This document shows, piece after piece, positions 39,776 through 49,554 of a stretch of DNA of 64,000 nucleotides. The stretch lies in NCBI GenBank assembly GCA_963664405.1, contig OY761158.1:1664001-1728000 (forward strand). Reading direction: 5' to 3'. The stretch comes from Thermoanaerobaculia bacterium (GTDB lineage: Bacteria; Acidobacteriota; Thermoanaerobaculia; Multivoradales; Multivoraceae). A program made the translations under genes and the position numbers. Each line of letters starts with the position of its first letter. The stretch's first letter is position 1. Under the pieces are notes generated by a model. It was given only the letters and a program-made list of their open reading frames with translations. It was not told where the DNA came from and did no database searches.

Positions 39776-41503
39776 ATGAAGTGTCGCGCATTACTCACAG
39801 TGTACGTATGCGCCGCCGCCGCCATGGCCACGGGGCATCTCGGCCAGGCGCAAGTCCAAGACTTCACCCCGGTCACCGATGCGATGCTGCAGAATCCCGA
39901 CCCGGCCGACTGGTTGAGCTGGCGGCGGACCCTCAATGGATGGGGGTATAGCCCGCTTGAACAGATCGACCGGAGCAATGTCGATGAGCTCCGGCTCGCC
40001 TGGTCCTGGGGCCTCGAACCCGGGGTGTCGCAGACGACGCCGATCGTGCACGACGGCGTCATGTATGTCGCGAACCCAGGCAATGTGGTCCAGGCGCTCG
40101 ACGCGCGCACGGGCGACTTCATGTGGGAGTACCGCCGTGAGATGGACGTGCGACGCCGAAGCGGGGCGCAGATGCGCAGCCTTACCATCTACCAGGATCT
40201 GGTGATCCTGAACACTTTCGATGCGCACATCGTCGGGCTGGATGCCCGGACGGGCGAGGCGCGCTGGGATACGCCGGTCGGGGGCGATCAGGAAGGCTAC
40301 TACTTTTCGAACGGACCGATCGTCGTCGATGGGACGATCGTCGCCGGGATGACAGGCTGCGGGCGTTACCGTGATGACACCTGCTACATCGTCGGCGTCG
40401 ACGGCCGCACCGGCCGGTTGCTCTGGCGAACGTCGACCATCGCCCGGCCCGGCGAGAGCGGCGGCGACACCTGGGGCGATTTGCCGCTCATGTTTCGCGC
40501 GGGGAGCGACGCCTGGATGACTGGGAGCTATGACCCGGTCTCCAGGCTCATCTACTGGGGTACGTCGCAGCCCAAGCCGCACAACCGCGACGCACGCGGC
40601 ACCGACGGTGACGCCCTCTACAGCAACTCGACGCTCGCGCTCGACCCTGCGACCGGTGAGATGAAGTGGTACTACCAGCACATCCCGGGCGATGCGCACG
40701 ACATGGACGAGTCGTTCGAGCGCATCCTGATCGACTACGACGGCAAGCGTTCGCTGTTCACGATGGGCAAGCTCGGGATTCTCTGGGAGCTCGACCGCAT
40801 CACGGGCGAGTTCCGGCGCGCGATCGACCTTGGCTATCAGAACATCTTGGATGTCGACTCGCAGACCGGTGAGGTGACTTACCGGGACGGGATGCTAACT
40901 GACGTCGGCGAAGAGCTCTTCTTCTGCCCCAGTACTGCTGGCTTCAAGAGCCTGCGGGCGATGGCGTATCACCCCGGGACCGGGGCGTTATACGTGCCGC
41001 TCAGTCTCAGCTGTCAGACCGTCACATTCGGCCCGGTCGAGCGACGCGCCGGGGGCGGCGGCGGGGGACTCAGGACCGGACGGACGAATCACTTTCATCC
41101 GCAGGCGCCGAGCCAACTGGGCGAGTTTCAAGCGCTGGACTTGCGGACCGGCGAGACCCTCTGGCGCCAGCGCCTCCGGGTGCCCTACAACACGGCGGCG
41201 CTGACGACCGGCGGGGGCCTGGTGTTCATCGGCGACTGGGGCCGGCACGTCTTCGCCTACGACGTGCGGAACGGCGAGCCGCTCTGGCAGAGCCGGCTCT
41301 CGACGATGGCGAACGGGTTCCCGATCACTTATGCCGTCGACGGCAAGCAGTTCGTCGCGTTCGTGGCCGGCCCGTCGATCAGCCGCTCGAGCTGGGCGAC
41401 AGTTCTCCCGGCCGATCTCATACCCGAAGAGCACAACCCGCGGGGCGGTAGCGGCGTCTTCGTGTTCGCGTTGCCCTCTGGTGGGGGGGTACCACCATGC
41501 TGA
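39776..41503 (+). CDS. PQQ-dependent alcohol dehydrogenase-like protein
   Basis: DWLSWRRTLNGWGYSPLEQI, DAHDMD, YAVDGKQFVA. Confidence 0.88.
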   Translation: MKCRALLTVYVCAAAAMATGHLGQAQVQDFTPVTDAMLQNPDPADWLSWRRTLNGWGYSPLEQIDRSNVDELRLAWSWGLEPGVSQTTPIVHDGVMYVANPGNVVQALDARTGDFMWEYRREMDVRRRSGAQMRSLTIYQDLVILNTFDAHIVGLDARTGEARWDTPVGGDQEGYYFSNGPIVVDGTIVAGMTGCGRYRDDTCYIVGVDGRTGRLLWRTSTIARPGESGGDTWGDLPLMFRAGSDAWMTGSYDPVSRLIYWGTSQPKPHNRDARGTDGDALYSNSTLALDPATGEMKWYYQHIPGDAHDMDESFERILIDYDGKRSLFTMGKLGILWELDRITGEFRRAIDLGYQNILDVDSQTGEVTYRDGMLTDVGEELFFCPSTAGFKSLRAMAYHPGTGALYVPLSLSCQTVTFGPVERRAGGGGGGLRTGRTNHFHPQAPSQLGEFQALDLRTGETLWRQRLRVPYNTAALTTGGGLVFIGDWGRHVFAYDVRNGEPLWQSRLSTMANGFPITYAVDGKQFVAFVAGPSISRSSWATVLPADLIPEEHNPRGGSGVFVFALPSGGGVPPC

Positions 41504-43410
41504 GACTCCTGAGGGTGTCGTTGATGATGGCTGTGATCCTGACGCCCGTGACTGGATGGGCCCAGCCAGGCGGCACATTGTTCGAGCAGCACTGCGCGGC
41601 CTGTCATGGAAACCCGGCGCCCGACTCCCGAGCCCCAGATCGGGAGGCGCTGCGGCAGTTCACCCCCGAGCGCGTGCTTGAGTCGCTGACGACCGGCGCG
41701 ATGGCGGTGGAGGTGCCCGGGCTGACCGACGACGAGAGGCGGCAGGTGGCTCAGTGGGCCGCGGGCCGTGCGCTTGGGACGGCTGGTGGCGATGCCTCAT
41801 CGATGCCCAATCCGTGTCCGAGCAAACCGTTCGGCGACCCGTTCGCGGGCGCGGGGTGGAACGGCTGGAGCCCGGATGTTGGCAACTCGCGCTACCAGCC
41901 GGCCGCGGCCGCCGGGTTGACCCCGGACCAGGTGCCGCGCCTGACGTTGAAGTGGGCGTTCGGATACCCCGGCGGGGTCGCAGCCGCCGCTGGTTCGCCG
42001 ACGGTCGTGGGGGGAAGGCTCTACGCGGGATCCGACACCGGCTATGTCTACTCGTTGGATGCGGCGAGCGGCTGTGTCTACTGGTCGTTCGAGTCGCAAT
42101 GGGTTGTTCGCTCCTCCGTCACCATTGGACCCGTCACGGGCGCGGGGACGGCGCGCTACGCCGCCTACTTCGGGGACTCCAGGGCGAACGTGTATGCCGT
42201 CAATGCCGAAACCGGTGAGCTGCTGTGGACACAACGTGCCGACACCCATTCGATCGCGCGCATCACCGCCGCCCCCAAGCTTCACGCCGGCCGGCTCTAC
42301 GTGCCCGTTTCCTCACTGGAAGAATTGGCAGGGCGCCACGTCTGGTATGAGTGCTGTACGTTCCGGGGCAGCGTGGTGGCGTATGACGCGAACACGGGCG
42401 AGCAGATCTGGAAGAGTTATGCGATTGCCGAAGAGCCCAAGCCCACGACGAAGAACGCGCAGGGCACCCAACGGTGGGCCCCGGCCGGGGGAGGAGTCTG
42501 GAACTCGCCGGTCATCGATGCTGCGCGAGGGGCCTTGTATATCGGTAGTGGAAACGCCTATACCGCGCCCGCGCCCAATGACACCGACGCGGTTATCGCC
42601 TTCGATCTCGAGACCGGGAAGCGGCTGTGGTGGCACCAGCTGACGGCCATGGATGCCTACCTCAGCAGGTGTCCCGGCCGGGTAGGTGTGCAAGGCCGCC
42701 CGATTGATCCTGCGAAGCGAGCGGATGTCCAGCCCACCGCGTACCTCAACTGCCCCGACCCCGAGAAACTTGCCGAAAACGTCGATGTCGATGTGGAGGC
42801 GGTCATGCTTCACACGCTGCCGGACGGGCGCACGATTCTCGTCGTTGGGCAGCAAAATGGCCGGGTCTATGCGCTCGACCCTGACCGCGAGGGGGCGGTG
42901 CTGTGGGAGCTCTACGCGGGCGCGGACACGCAGAATCGCGCAAACATCACCTTCGGTGGTGCCACCGACGGGCGGCTAGCCTACTTCCCCCTCGTGATCC
43001 AGCCGTCGGAGCACCGCGGGATCACTACGGCGCCGCGGGCGAAGGGCGCCCTGGCCGCGATCCGCGTGGAGACGGGCGAGCCGGTGTGGTACACGGCGAC
43101 GCCGGCGGACAACTGTCCCGACCCCCCCCCGCAACGGTGCAGCTCTGGGCAGGACGGGGCGGCGACGGTGATCCCGGGCGTGGTCTTCGCCGGCGCGATG
43201 GACGGCATGCTTCGCGGGTACTCGACCACCGACGGCCGCATCATCTGGGAATACGACACGGCCCAGGAGTTCGAGACCGTCAATGATGTGCCGGCCAAGG
43301 GTGGCATGCTGAACGGCCCGGGGCCAACCGTCGTGGATGGCATGCTGTTCATGGGGTCGGGCTACACGTCAGGGCCGGGCAACGTGCTGCTGGCGTTCGG
43401 ACTCGAATAA
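41497..43410 (+). CDS. Quinohemoprotein, PVA-dehydrogenase-like (cytochrome c + PQQ propeller)
   Basis: CAACHG, LTLKWAFGYP, YECCTFRGS, GGGVWNSP. Confidence 0.88.
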   Translation: MLRLLRVSLMMAVILTPVTGWAQPGGTLFEQHCAACHGNPAPDSRAPDREALRQFTPERVLESLTTGAMAVEVPGLTDDERRQVAQWAAGRALGTAGGDASSMPNPCPSKPFGDPFAGAGWNGWSPDVGNSRYQPAAAAGLTPDQVPRLTLKWAFGYPGGVAAAAGSPTVVGGRLYAGSDTGYVYSLDAASGCVYWSFESQWVVRSSVTIGPVTGAGTARYAAYFGDSRANVYAVNAETGELLWTQRADTHSIARITAAPKLHAGRLYVPVSSLEELAGRHVWYECCTFRGSVVAYDANTGEQIWKSYAIAEEPKPTTKNAQGTQRWAPAGGGVWNSPVIDAARGALYIGSGNAYTAPAPNDTDAVIAFDLETGKRLWWHQLTAMDAYLSRCPGRVGVQGRPIDPAKRADVQPTAYLNCPDPEKLAENVDVDVEAVMLHTLPDGRTILVVGQQNGRVYALDPDREGAVLWELYAGADTQNRANITFGGATDGRLAYFPLVIQPSEHRGITTAPRAKGALAAIRVETGEPVWYTATPADNCPDPPPQRCSSGQDGAATVIPGVVFAGAMDGMLRGYSTTDGRIIWEYDTAQEFETVNDVPAKGGMLNGPGPTVVDGMLFMGSGYTSGPGNVLLAFGLE

Positions 43411-43471
43411 TAGGGTGAGAAAGCGAGGCGACATGCGTTGTGTAACTGATAGTGCACGCCGGAGGCGTACG

Positions 43472-45079
43472 ATGACGCGCATCTTCAAGAGATTCCCGTT
43501 GGGTCTAGCGCTGGCGATGGGCGCGATGTGGGTCGGGGCGGGCAGCCTGCGCGCCGCTACGCTCCCGGCCGTTGATGACTGCGAGGCGCTGCCGACGATG
43601 GACTTCACGAGCATTCAGGATGCGCCGACGCAGGTGACGGCGACCCGAATGGTGGAGGCCGCCGGCGAGGTGCCCGCCCATTGCCGGATGGATGGGTATG
43701 TCGCGCCCAATGTCCGGATCGTGGTACGCCTGCCGAACAGCGCCTCGTGGAACGGTAAGTTTTTGCAGGCGAGCCCTGGTGGCTATGGCGGCTCGACGGA
43801 AACGGATGCCGCCTGGTGCGATGAGGCCTTGCGGAGAGGCTATGCCTGTCTCACACACGATACGGGGCATTTCGGCAGAACAAGAAGGGCCTCGTGGGCC
43901 TACAACAATCTCCAGGCGGAGTTCGATTACGGCATCCGCGGTCACCATGTAAGCGCCCTGGCGGGCAAGGCCATCACCGAACACTACTACGGCCGGGCGC
44001 CGGCGTTCTCCTATCATGTGGGCTGTTCCGGCGGCGGGAAGCAGGGGATGGTCGAAGCGAATCGCTTTCCCTGGAACTTCGACGGCATTCTCGCCCAGGA
44101 GCCCGCGAATGTAACAGCCACGGGTGTGATGATCCTGTGGAACGCCTTGGCAACGTACGACGCGGACGGCCAGCCGCTGTTCACATCCGCCGATCTGGAC
44201 GTGCTGCACGCGGGGGCCATTGCCGCCTGCGATGCGGACGATGGCCTCGAGGATGGGATCATCGGTGGCGATCCCCGCACCTGCCAATTCGATCCGGCCG
44301 ACCTGACCTGCGCGTCGGGGCAGACATCGGGCTGTCTATCGCCGGTCCAGGTAGAGGCGGCCAAAAAAAAGTACCGCGGGCCGGTGACATCGACCGGGGA
44401 GAAGCTCAGCAAATACTTCCCGTTCTACCCTGCCTTGCCCGGCTCGGAGAAGGGCAACTACTTCTCCATGGATCTCGAGTCCAGGACCTCGTGGGGGCGG
44501 TTCCTGGGGTTCAACCCGGATCCGGGACCGAGCTGGACGGCGACCGACTTCGATTGGGACCACGATTACAAGCGCATGGGGATGACGGATGCGCTGGTGA
44601 ATGGTTACAGCAATCCCGATCTGCGCAATTTCAAGGCTGCGGGTGGCAAGCTGCTGATCATCCAGAGTTGGGAAGACTCTGGTCTGCCCTCGCCGCAAGT
44701 CAGCATCGACTACTATGAGATGGCGGAACGCATCATGGGCGGGCGAGCCAGCACCCAAGAGGCGGTTCGGCTGTTCATGATTCCGGGCCGTACGCATTGC
44801 TATGGTGGCGTTGGTGCGGCCAGCGGCGATTATCTCAGCTATCTCGAAGCCTGGGTCGAAGAGGGTCAGGCGCCCGACATGATCGTCGGCTACCATCCCG
44901 AAGAAATGCCATCCGGGCCACGGAGTGCGGCAGCTTATGTTGAAGCGAATACCGCGGTCCCCGAGAGCTACACGTTCACGCGGCCCCACTATCCCTACCC
45001 GCTGCAGGCGCGGTACAAGGGCAGCGGCGATCCGAACGACTATCGGAGCTTCGAGCCTGTCGAACCGGAGCGTCGCTGA
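43472..45079 (+). CDS. Tannase/feruloyl esterase family hydrolase (copy 1)
   Basis: WNGKF, GCSGGG, WED, THCYGG (CS-D-HC motif). Confidence 0.9.
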   Translation: MTRIFKRFPLGLALAMGAMWVGAGSLRAATLPAVDDCEALPTMDFTSIQDAPTQVTATRMVEAAGEVPAHCRMDGYVAPNVRIVVRLPNSASWNGKFLQASPGGYGGSTETDAAWCDEALRRGYACLTHDTGHFGRTRRASWAYNNLQAEFDYGIRGHHVSALAGKAITEHYYGRAPAFSYHVGCSGGGKQGMVEANRFPWNFDGILAQEPANVTATGVMILWNALATYDADGQPLFTSADLDVLHAGAIAACDADDGLEDGIIGGDPRTCQFDPADLTCASGQTSGCLSPVQVEAAKKKYRGPVTSTGEKLSKYFPFYPALPGSEKGNYFSMDLESRTSWGRFLGFNPDPGPSWTATDFDWDHDYKRMGMTDALVNGYSNPDLRNFKAAGGKLLIIQSWEDSGLPSPQVSIDYYEMAERIMGGRASTQEAVRLFMIPGRTHCYGGVGAASGDYLSYLEAWVEEGQAPDMIVGYHPEEMPSGPRSAAAYVEANTAVPESYTFTRPHYPYPLQARYKGSGDPNDYRSFEPVEPERR

Positions 45080-45098
45080 GGTCAACAAAGGAGATACG

Positions 45099-46721
45099 AT
45101 GAAGCGCACCTTCAAGAGATTCGCGTTGGGTTTGGCGGTCGGCGGGATGTGGGTCGGGGCGGGCAGCCTGAGCGCCGCTACGCTCCCGGCCGTTGATGAC
45201 TGCGAGGCGCTGCCGGCGATGGACTTCACGAGCATTCAGGATGCGCCGACGCAGGTGACGGCGACCCGAATGGTGGAGGCCGCCGGCGAGGTGCCCGCCC
45301 ATTGCCGGATGGATGGGTATGTCACCCCCAATGTCCGGATCGTGCTACGCCTGCCCAACAGCGCCTCGTGGAACGGCAAGTTTTTGCAGGCGAGCCCTGG
45401 GGGCCAGGGCGGCTCGACGGAACAGGAGGCCGCCTGGTGCGATGAGGCCTTGCGGAGAGGCTATGCCTGTGTCACACACGATACGGGGCATTTCGGCACA
45501 ACAAGAAGGGCCTCGTGGGCCTACAACAATCTCCAGGCGGAGTTCGATTACGGCATCCGCGGTCACCATGTAAGCGCCCTGGCGGGCAAGGCCATCACCG
45601 AACACTACTACGGCCGGGCGCCGGCGTTCTCCTATCATGTGGGCTGTTCCGGTGGCGGGAAGCAGGGGATGGTCGAAGCGAGTCGCTTTCCCTGGAACTT
45701 CGACGGCATTCTCGCCCAGGAGCCCGCGAATGTAACGGCCGTGGGTGTGATGATCCTGTGGAACGCTTTGGCAACGTACGACGCGGACGGCCAGCCGCTG
45801 TTCACACCCGCCGATCTGGACGTGCTGCACGCGGGGGCCATTGCCGCCTGCGATGCGGACGATGGCCTCGAGGATGGGATCATCGGTGGCGATCCCCGCA
45901 CCTGCCAATTCGATCCGGCCGACCTGACCTGCGCGTCGGGGCAGACATCGGGCTGTCTATCGCCGGTCCAGGTGGAGGCGGCCAAAAAAAAGTACAGCGG
46001 GCCGGTGACATCGACCGGGGAGAAGCTCAGCAAATACTTCCCGTTCTACCCTGCCTTGCCCGGCTCGGAGAAGGGCAACTACTTCTCCATGGATCTCGAG
46101 TCCAGGACCTCGTGGGGGCGGTTCAAGGGGTTCAACCCGGATCCGGGACCGAGCTGGACGGCGACCGACTTCGATTGGGACCACGATTACAAGCGCATCG
46201 GGATGTCGGATGCGCTGGTGAATGGTTACAGCAATCCCGATCTGCGCAATTTCAAGGCTGCGGGTGGCAAGCTGCTCATCATCCAGGGTTGGGAAGACTC
46301 TGGTCTGCCCAGCCCGCGAGTCAGCATCGACTACTATGAGATGGCGGAACGCATCATGGGCGGGCGAGCCAGCACCCAAGAGGCGGTTCGCCTGTTCATG
46401 ATTCCGGGCCGTACGCATTGCTATGGTGGCGTTGGCGCGGCCAGCGGCGATTATCTCAGCTCTCTCGAAGCCTGGGTCGAAGAGGGCCAGGCGCCCGACA
46501 TGATCGTCGGCTACCATCCCGAAGAAACGCCATCCGGCACACGGAGTGTGAAAGCTTACGTTGAAGCGAATACCTCGGTCCCCGATAGCTACACGTTCAC
46601 GCGGCCCCATTATCCCTACCCGCTGCAGGCGCGGTACAAGGGCAGCGGCGATCCGAACGACTATCGGAGCTTCGAGCCTGTCGAACCGGAGCGAGGTGAC
46701 GGAAACCGCCACGACCCCTAA
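45099..46721 (+). CDS. Tannase/feruloyl esterase family hydrolase (copy 2, tandem duplicate)
   Basis: Nearly identical to copy 1 with the same motifs. Confidence 0.9.
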   Translation: MKRTFKRFALGLAVGGMWVGAGSLSAATLPAVDDCEALPAMDFTSIQDAPTQVTATRMVEAAGEVPAHCRMDGYVTPNVRIVLRLPNSASWNGKFLQASPGGQGGSTEQEAAWCDEALRRGYACVTHDTGHFGTTRRASWAYNNLQAEFDYGIRGHHVSALAGKAITEHYYGRAPAFSYHVGCSGGGKQGMVEASRFPWNFDGILAQEPANVTAVGVMILWNALATYDADGQPLFTPADLDVLHAGAIAACDADDGLEDGIIGGDPRTCQFDPADLTCASGQTSGCLSPVQVEAAKKKYSGPVTSTGEKLSKYFPFYPALPGSEKGNYFSMDLESRTSWGRFKGFNPDPGPSWTATDFDWDHDYKRIGMSDALVNGYSNPDLRNFKAAGGKLLIIQGWEDSGLPSPRVSIDYYEMAERIMGGRASTQEAVRLFMIPGRTHCYGGVGAASGDYLSSLEAWVEEGQAPDMIVGYHPEETPSGTRSVKAYVEANTSVPDSYTFTRPHYPYPLQARYKGSGDPNDYRSFEPVEPERGDGNRHDP

Positions 46722-46749
46722 CCCGAGCTCCCTATGCTACCCGTCCGGC

Positions 46750-47237
46750 TTGTACCAGATCGGCACCGTTGTCGGGACAGCGATGCGTCCTCGCATCCGG
46801 CGTCAGGCCGTCAGAGCAGACGACGTCGAAGATCTGCTCTTCGGCCTTGCCGTCTTCGACCCAACCTTTGACGATCTGGGCGCGCTGCAGCCATCCGGCG
46901 AGTGGATCGCGCAACGCCCAGACCAGAAAGCTCGGGGCACCCTTTGACGGGGAGAGGACCCCACCCATCGGAACTCCCTCCGCATACGCTACTGAGACCT
47001 GATCCTTCACCATCGCGAGCTTCTCAGCGAGACCGAAGCCCCCGGGCAGCCGGACTCGGATCCGCGGTCCCGAGGTGGCGAAGGTTCATATTGTGCGGGA
47101 TCGATCCACTGGTGAAAGCGTCGAAGGAGTAGGCGGTGTGGATGTGAACGTCGCCGAAGAGGGCGACTCGGGGGGTCTGTTGGAAGAGAGAGGGTCCGCT
47201 GACGGCCAGCGCCAACATCGCCGCCGCCGTCGTGCAC
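46750..47237 (-). pseudogene. DUF3604 remnants (internally deleted)
   Basis: ALFGDVHIHTAYSFDAF and GVPMGG..FLVWALRDP..CSDG..CPDNGA pieces. Confidence 0.8.
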
Positions 47238-47335
47238 TGCGCGGCCCTTGAGCTCGCAGGGGCGCGTGGCTATTCGGGAAGGCTGGCCGTGTTAGCCTCG
47301 ATTCACCGCCGAGCGGAGTGAGAGAGGAGGACAGC

Positions 47336-49177
47336 ATGACGCATCGTGCGTGGCGTAGCGCAGCACCGTGGCTCTTGCTCGGGTTGACGGCGTGCGGGGG
47401 TGCGCCGCAGCCGCCCGGCCCCGAGGCGACGGCGGCCGGACCGGCGGCGCAGCCCCTGCGCAACGCGTACTTTGGCGATCTGCACATTCACACGGGCTTT
47501 TCGCTCGACGCCTTCCAAATGAATTTACGTGGCACGCCGGACGACGCCTACCGCTACGCGCGCGGCGAGCCGCTGCGCCACCCTGCCGGCTACCCGATCC
47601 GGCTCCGGGGGGAGCCGCTGGACTTTCTGGCTGTTGCCGACCACGCCGAATACCTGGGGGTGTTCAACACGCTGACCGACCCCGAGCACGCGCTCTTCCA
47701 AAGCGAGCTGGTCCAGGAGCTCAAGGAGCGACGCGCCACATTCAGCCAGCGCTTCTCTGAATCTTGGGCCGAGGGACGCCGCCTCCCGAGCCTCTGGCAC
47801 CCCGACGTCATGCGCGACACCTGGCAGCGGGAGGTCGCCGCCGCGGAGCGCCACTACCGCCCGGGCGAGTTCACCACCTTCGTTGGCTACGAGTACACCT
47901 CGTTCCCGGGCTACAACCTGCACCGCAATGTGATCTTCCGCAGCGCCGACGTGCCGGAGCTCCCTTTTGGGGGCCTCGACTCGCAAAACCCGGAGGACCT
48001 GTGGAGCTGGCTCGATGAGCAGCGCGCGCAGGGCATCGAGGCCATCGCCATTCCCCACAACTCGAACTGGAGCGCAGGCAGATTCTTCCAGCGCACGAAG
48101 ACGGCCGGGGATCCCATCGACGCCGCCTACGCCGAGCAGCGAATGCGCAACGAGCCCCTGGTCGAGGTCACCCAGATCAAGGGCACGTCGGAAACCCACC
48201 CCGCACTGTCGCCCAACGACGAGTGGGCGGGGTTCGAGATCAGGAGCTTTGACTACGCCCCGGAGGTCACCGACGTCACCCCCGCCGGCAGCTACGTGCG
48301 CGACGCCTACCGGACCGGCCTCGAGCTCGAGGAGGACCAGGGCTTCAACCCCTACAGGTTCGGGCTCATCGGCTCGAGCGACTCGCACAACGTGGGCGCA
48401 CCCTACGAGGAGTCGTCGTATTACGGCGGCCACGGCACCAGCGATGCCACGCCGGAGCAGCGCGGCTCTGTGCCGCCCCGGGGTGCGCGGACCTGGCCCG
48501 CGGAGGGCGCCCCCGCTCGCTCCTTGCGCTCCTCCGGGGGCTTTGCCGCCGTGTGGGCCGAGGCGAACACGCGCGAGGCGATCTTCGACGCGTTCCGCCG
48601 CAAGGAGACCTTCGCCACCACGGGGCCGCGGATACGCGTGCGCTTCTTCGGGGGCTTTGAGTACCCCGACAGTCTGGCCGACGACGTCAACGCGGTGGGG
48701 GAGGCCTACGCCGGCGGGGTGCCTATGGGTGGTGACCTGCTCGGCGGGGCCGGCAAAGAGCCGCGCTTCCTGGTCTGGGCGCTGCGCGACCCGACGAGCG
48801 GCTGGCTCGAGCGCCTGCAGATCGTCAAGGGCTGGATTGAGGACGGCCAAGCGCAGGAGCGGGTCTACGATGTCGCCTGCTCCGACGGTCTCGAGGTCGA
48901 TCCTTCGACCCACCGCTGTCCCGACAACGGCGCCGAGGTGAATCTCAGCGACTGCAGCGTCAGCGCTGGCGTCGGTGCGACGCAGCTCCGAACGCTCTGG
49001 ACCGACCCCGACTTCGACAGCGGTCAACGGGCCTTCTATTACGTGCGAGCCTTGGAGAACCCGAGCTGCCGCTGGTCGACCTGGGATGCGGTGCGGGCGG
49101 GCGTGCCGCCGAGCCCGAGCTTCGCCGTGACGATCCAGGAGCGGGCCTGGTCCTCGCCGATCTGGTACGTGCCGTAG
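47336..49177 (+). CDS. DUF3604 domain lipoprotein
   Basis: Lipobox LTAC; YFGDLHIHT, ADHA, LHRN, IPHN, SDSH, ERAWSSPIWY. Confidence 0.9.
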   Translation: MTHRAWRSAAPWLLLGLTACGGAPQPPGPEATAAGPAAQPLRNAYFGDLHIHTGFSLDAFQMNLRGTPDDAYRYARGEPLRHPAGYPIRLRGEPLDFLAVADHAEYLGVFNTLTDPEHALFQSELVQELKERRATFSQRFSESWAEGRRLPSLWHPDVMRDTWQREVAAAERHYRPGEFTTFVGYEYTSFPGYNLHRNVIFRSADVPELPFGGLDSQNPEDLWSWLDEQRAQGIEAIAIPHNSNWSAGRFFQRTKTAGDPIDAAYAEQRMRNEPLVEVTQIKGTSETHPALSPNDEWAGFEIRSFDYAPEVTDVTPAGSYVRDAYRTGLELEEDQGFNPYRFGLIGSSDSHNVGAPYEESSYYGGHGTSDATPEQRGSVPPRGARTWPAEGAPARSLRSSGGFAAVWAEANTREAIFDAFRRKETFATTGPRIRVRFFGGFEYPDSLADDVNAVGEAYAGGVPMGGDLLGGAGKEPRFLVWALRDPTSGWLERLQIVKGWIEDGQAQERVYDVACSDGLEVDPSTHRCPDNGAEVNLSDCSVSAGVGATQLRTLWTDPDFDSGQRAFYYVRALENPSCRWSTWDAVRAGVPPSPSFAVTIQERAWSSPIWYVP

Positions 49178-49185
49178 GGGAGGTG

Positions 49186-49227
49186 AGTAGACAGTAAGGA
49201 GTAAGAAGTAAGAAGTAAGCAGTAAAG
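49186..49227 (+). repeat. Six tandem heptamers (AGTAAGN-like)
   Basis: AGTAGAC AGTAAGG AGTAAGA AGTAAGA AGTAAGC AGTAAAG. Confidence 0.8.
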
Positions 49228-49554
49228 ACTGGAACCAGTACTTACAATCTTCGGCAGTGGATCATCGACGAGGGTGAGATCAACGTCACCCTCAGGTTAT
49301 CGGGTCAGAACAGAAGCACGATCGAGTGATGACGGGTCCGTGTTCCGCGTGGAGGAGCTACGAGCACGGGCTACCGATGGGCGCGCAAGCGCTACGCGCG
49401 ACAAATGGCGAAGGGATAGCTCGGGCTCGATCTTTGATCCGCACGCTTAGAGAGCGCGAGATAGCGCCTCGGAGCGGTGATGTAGATGTATACTTAGCGG
49501 TCAGATCAACGACACGATGGCCGTCGTGTCCTGTCCAAATCTGAGGAGAGCAAC

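Noticed and set aside
44363-44370. A8 tract as a phase-variation site
   Set aside because: In frame (KKK) and the same length in both esterase copies.
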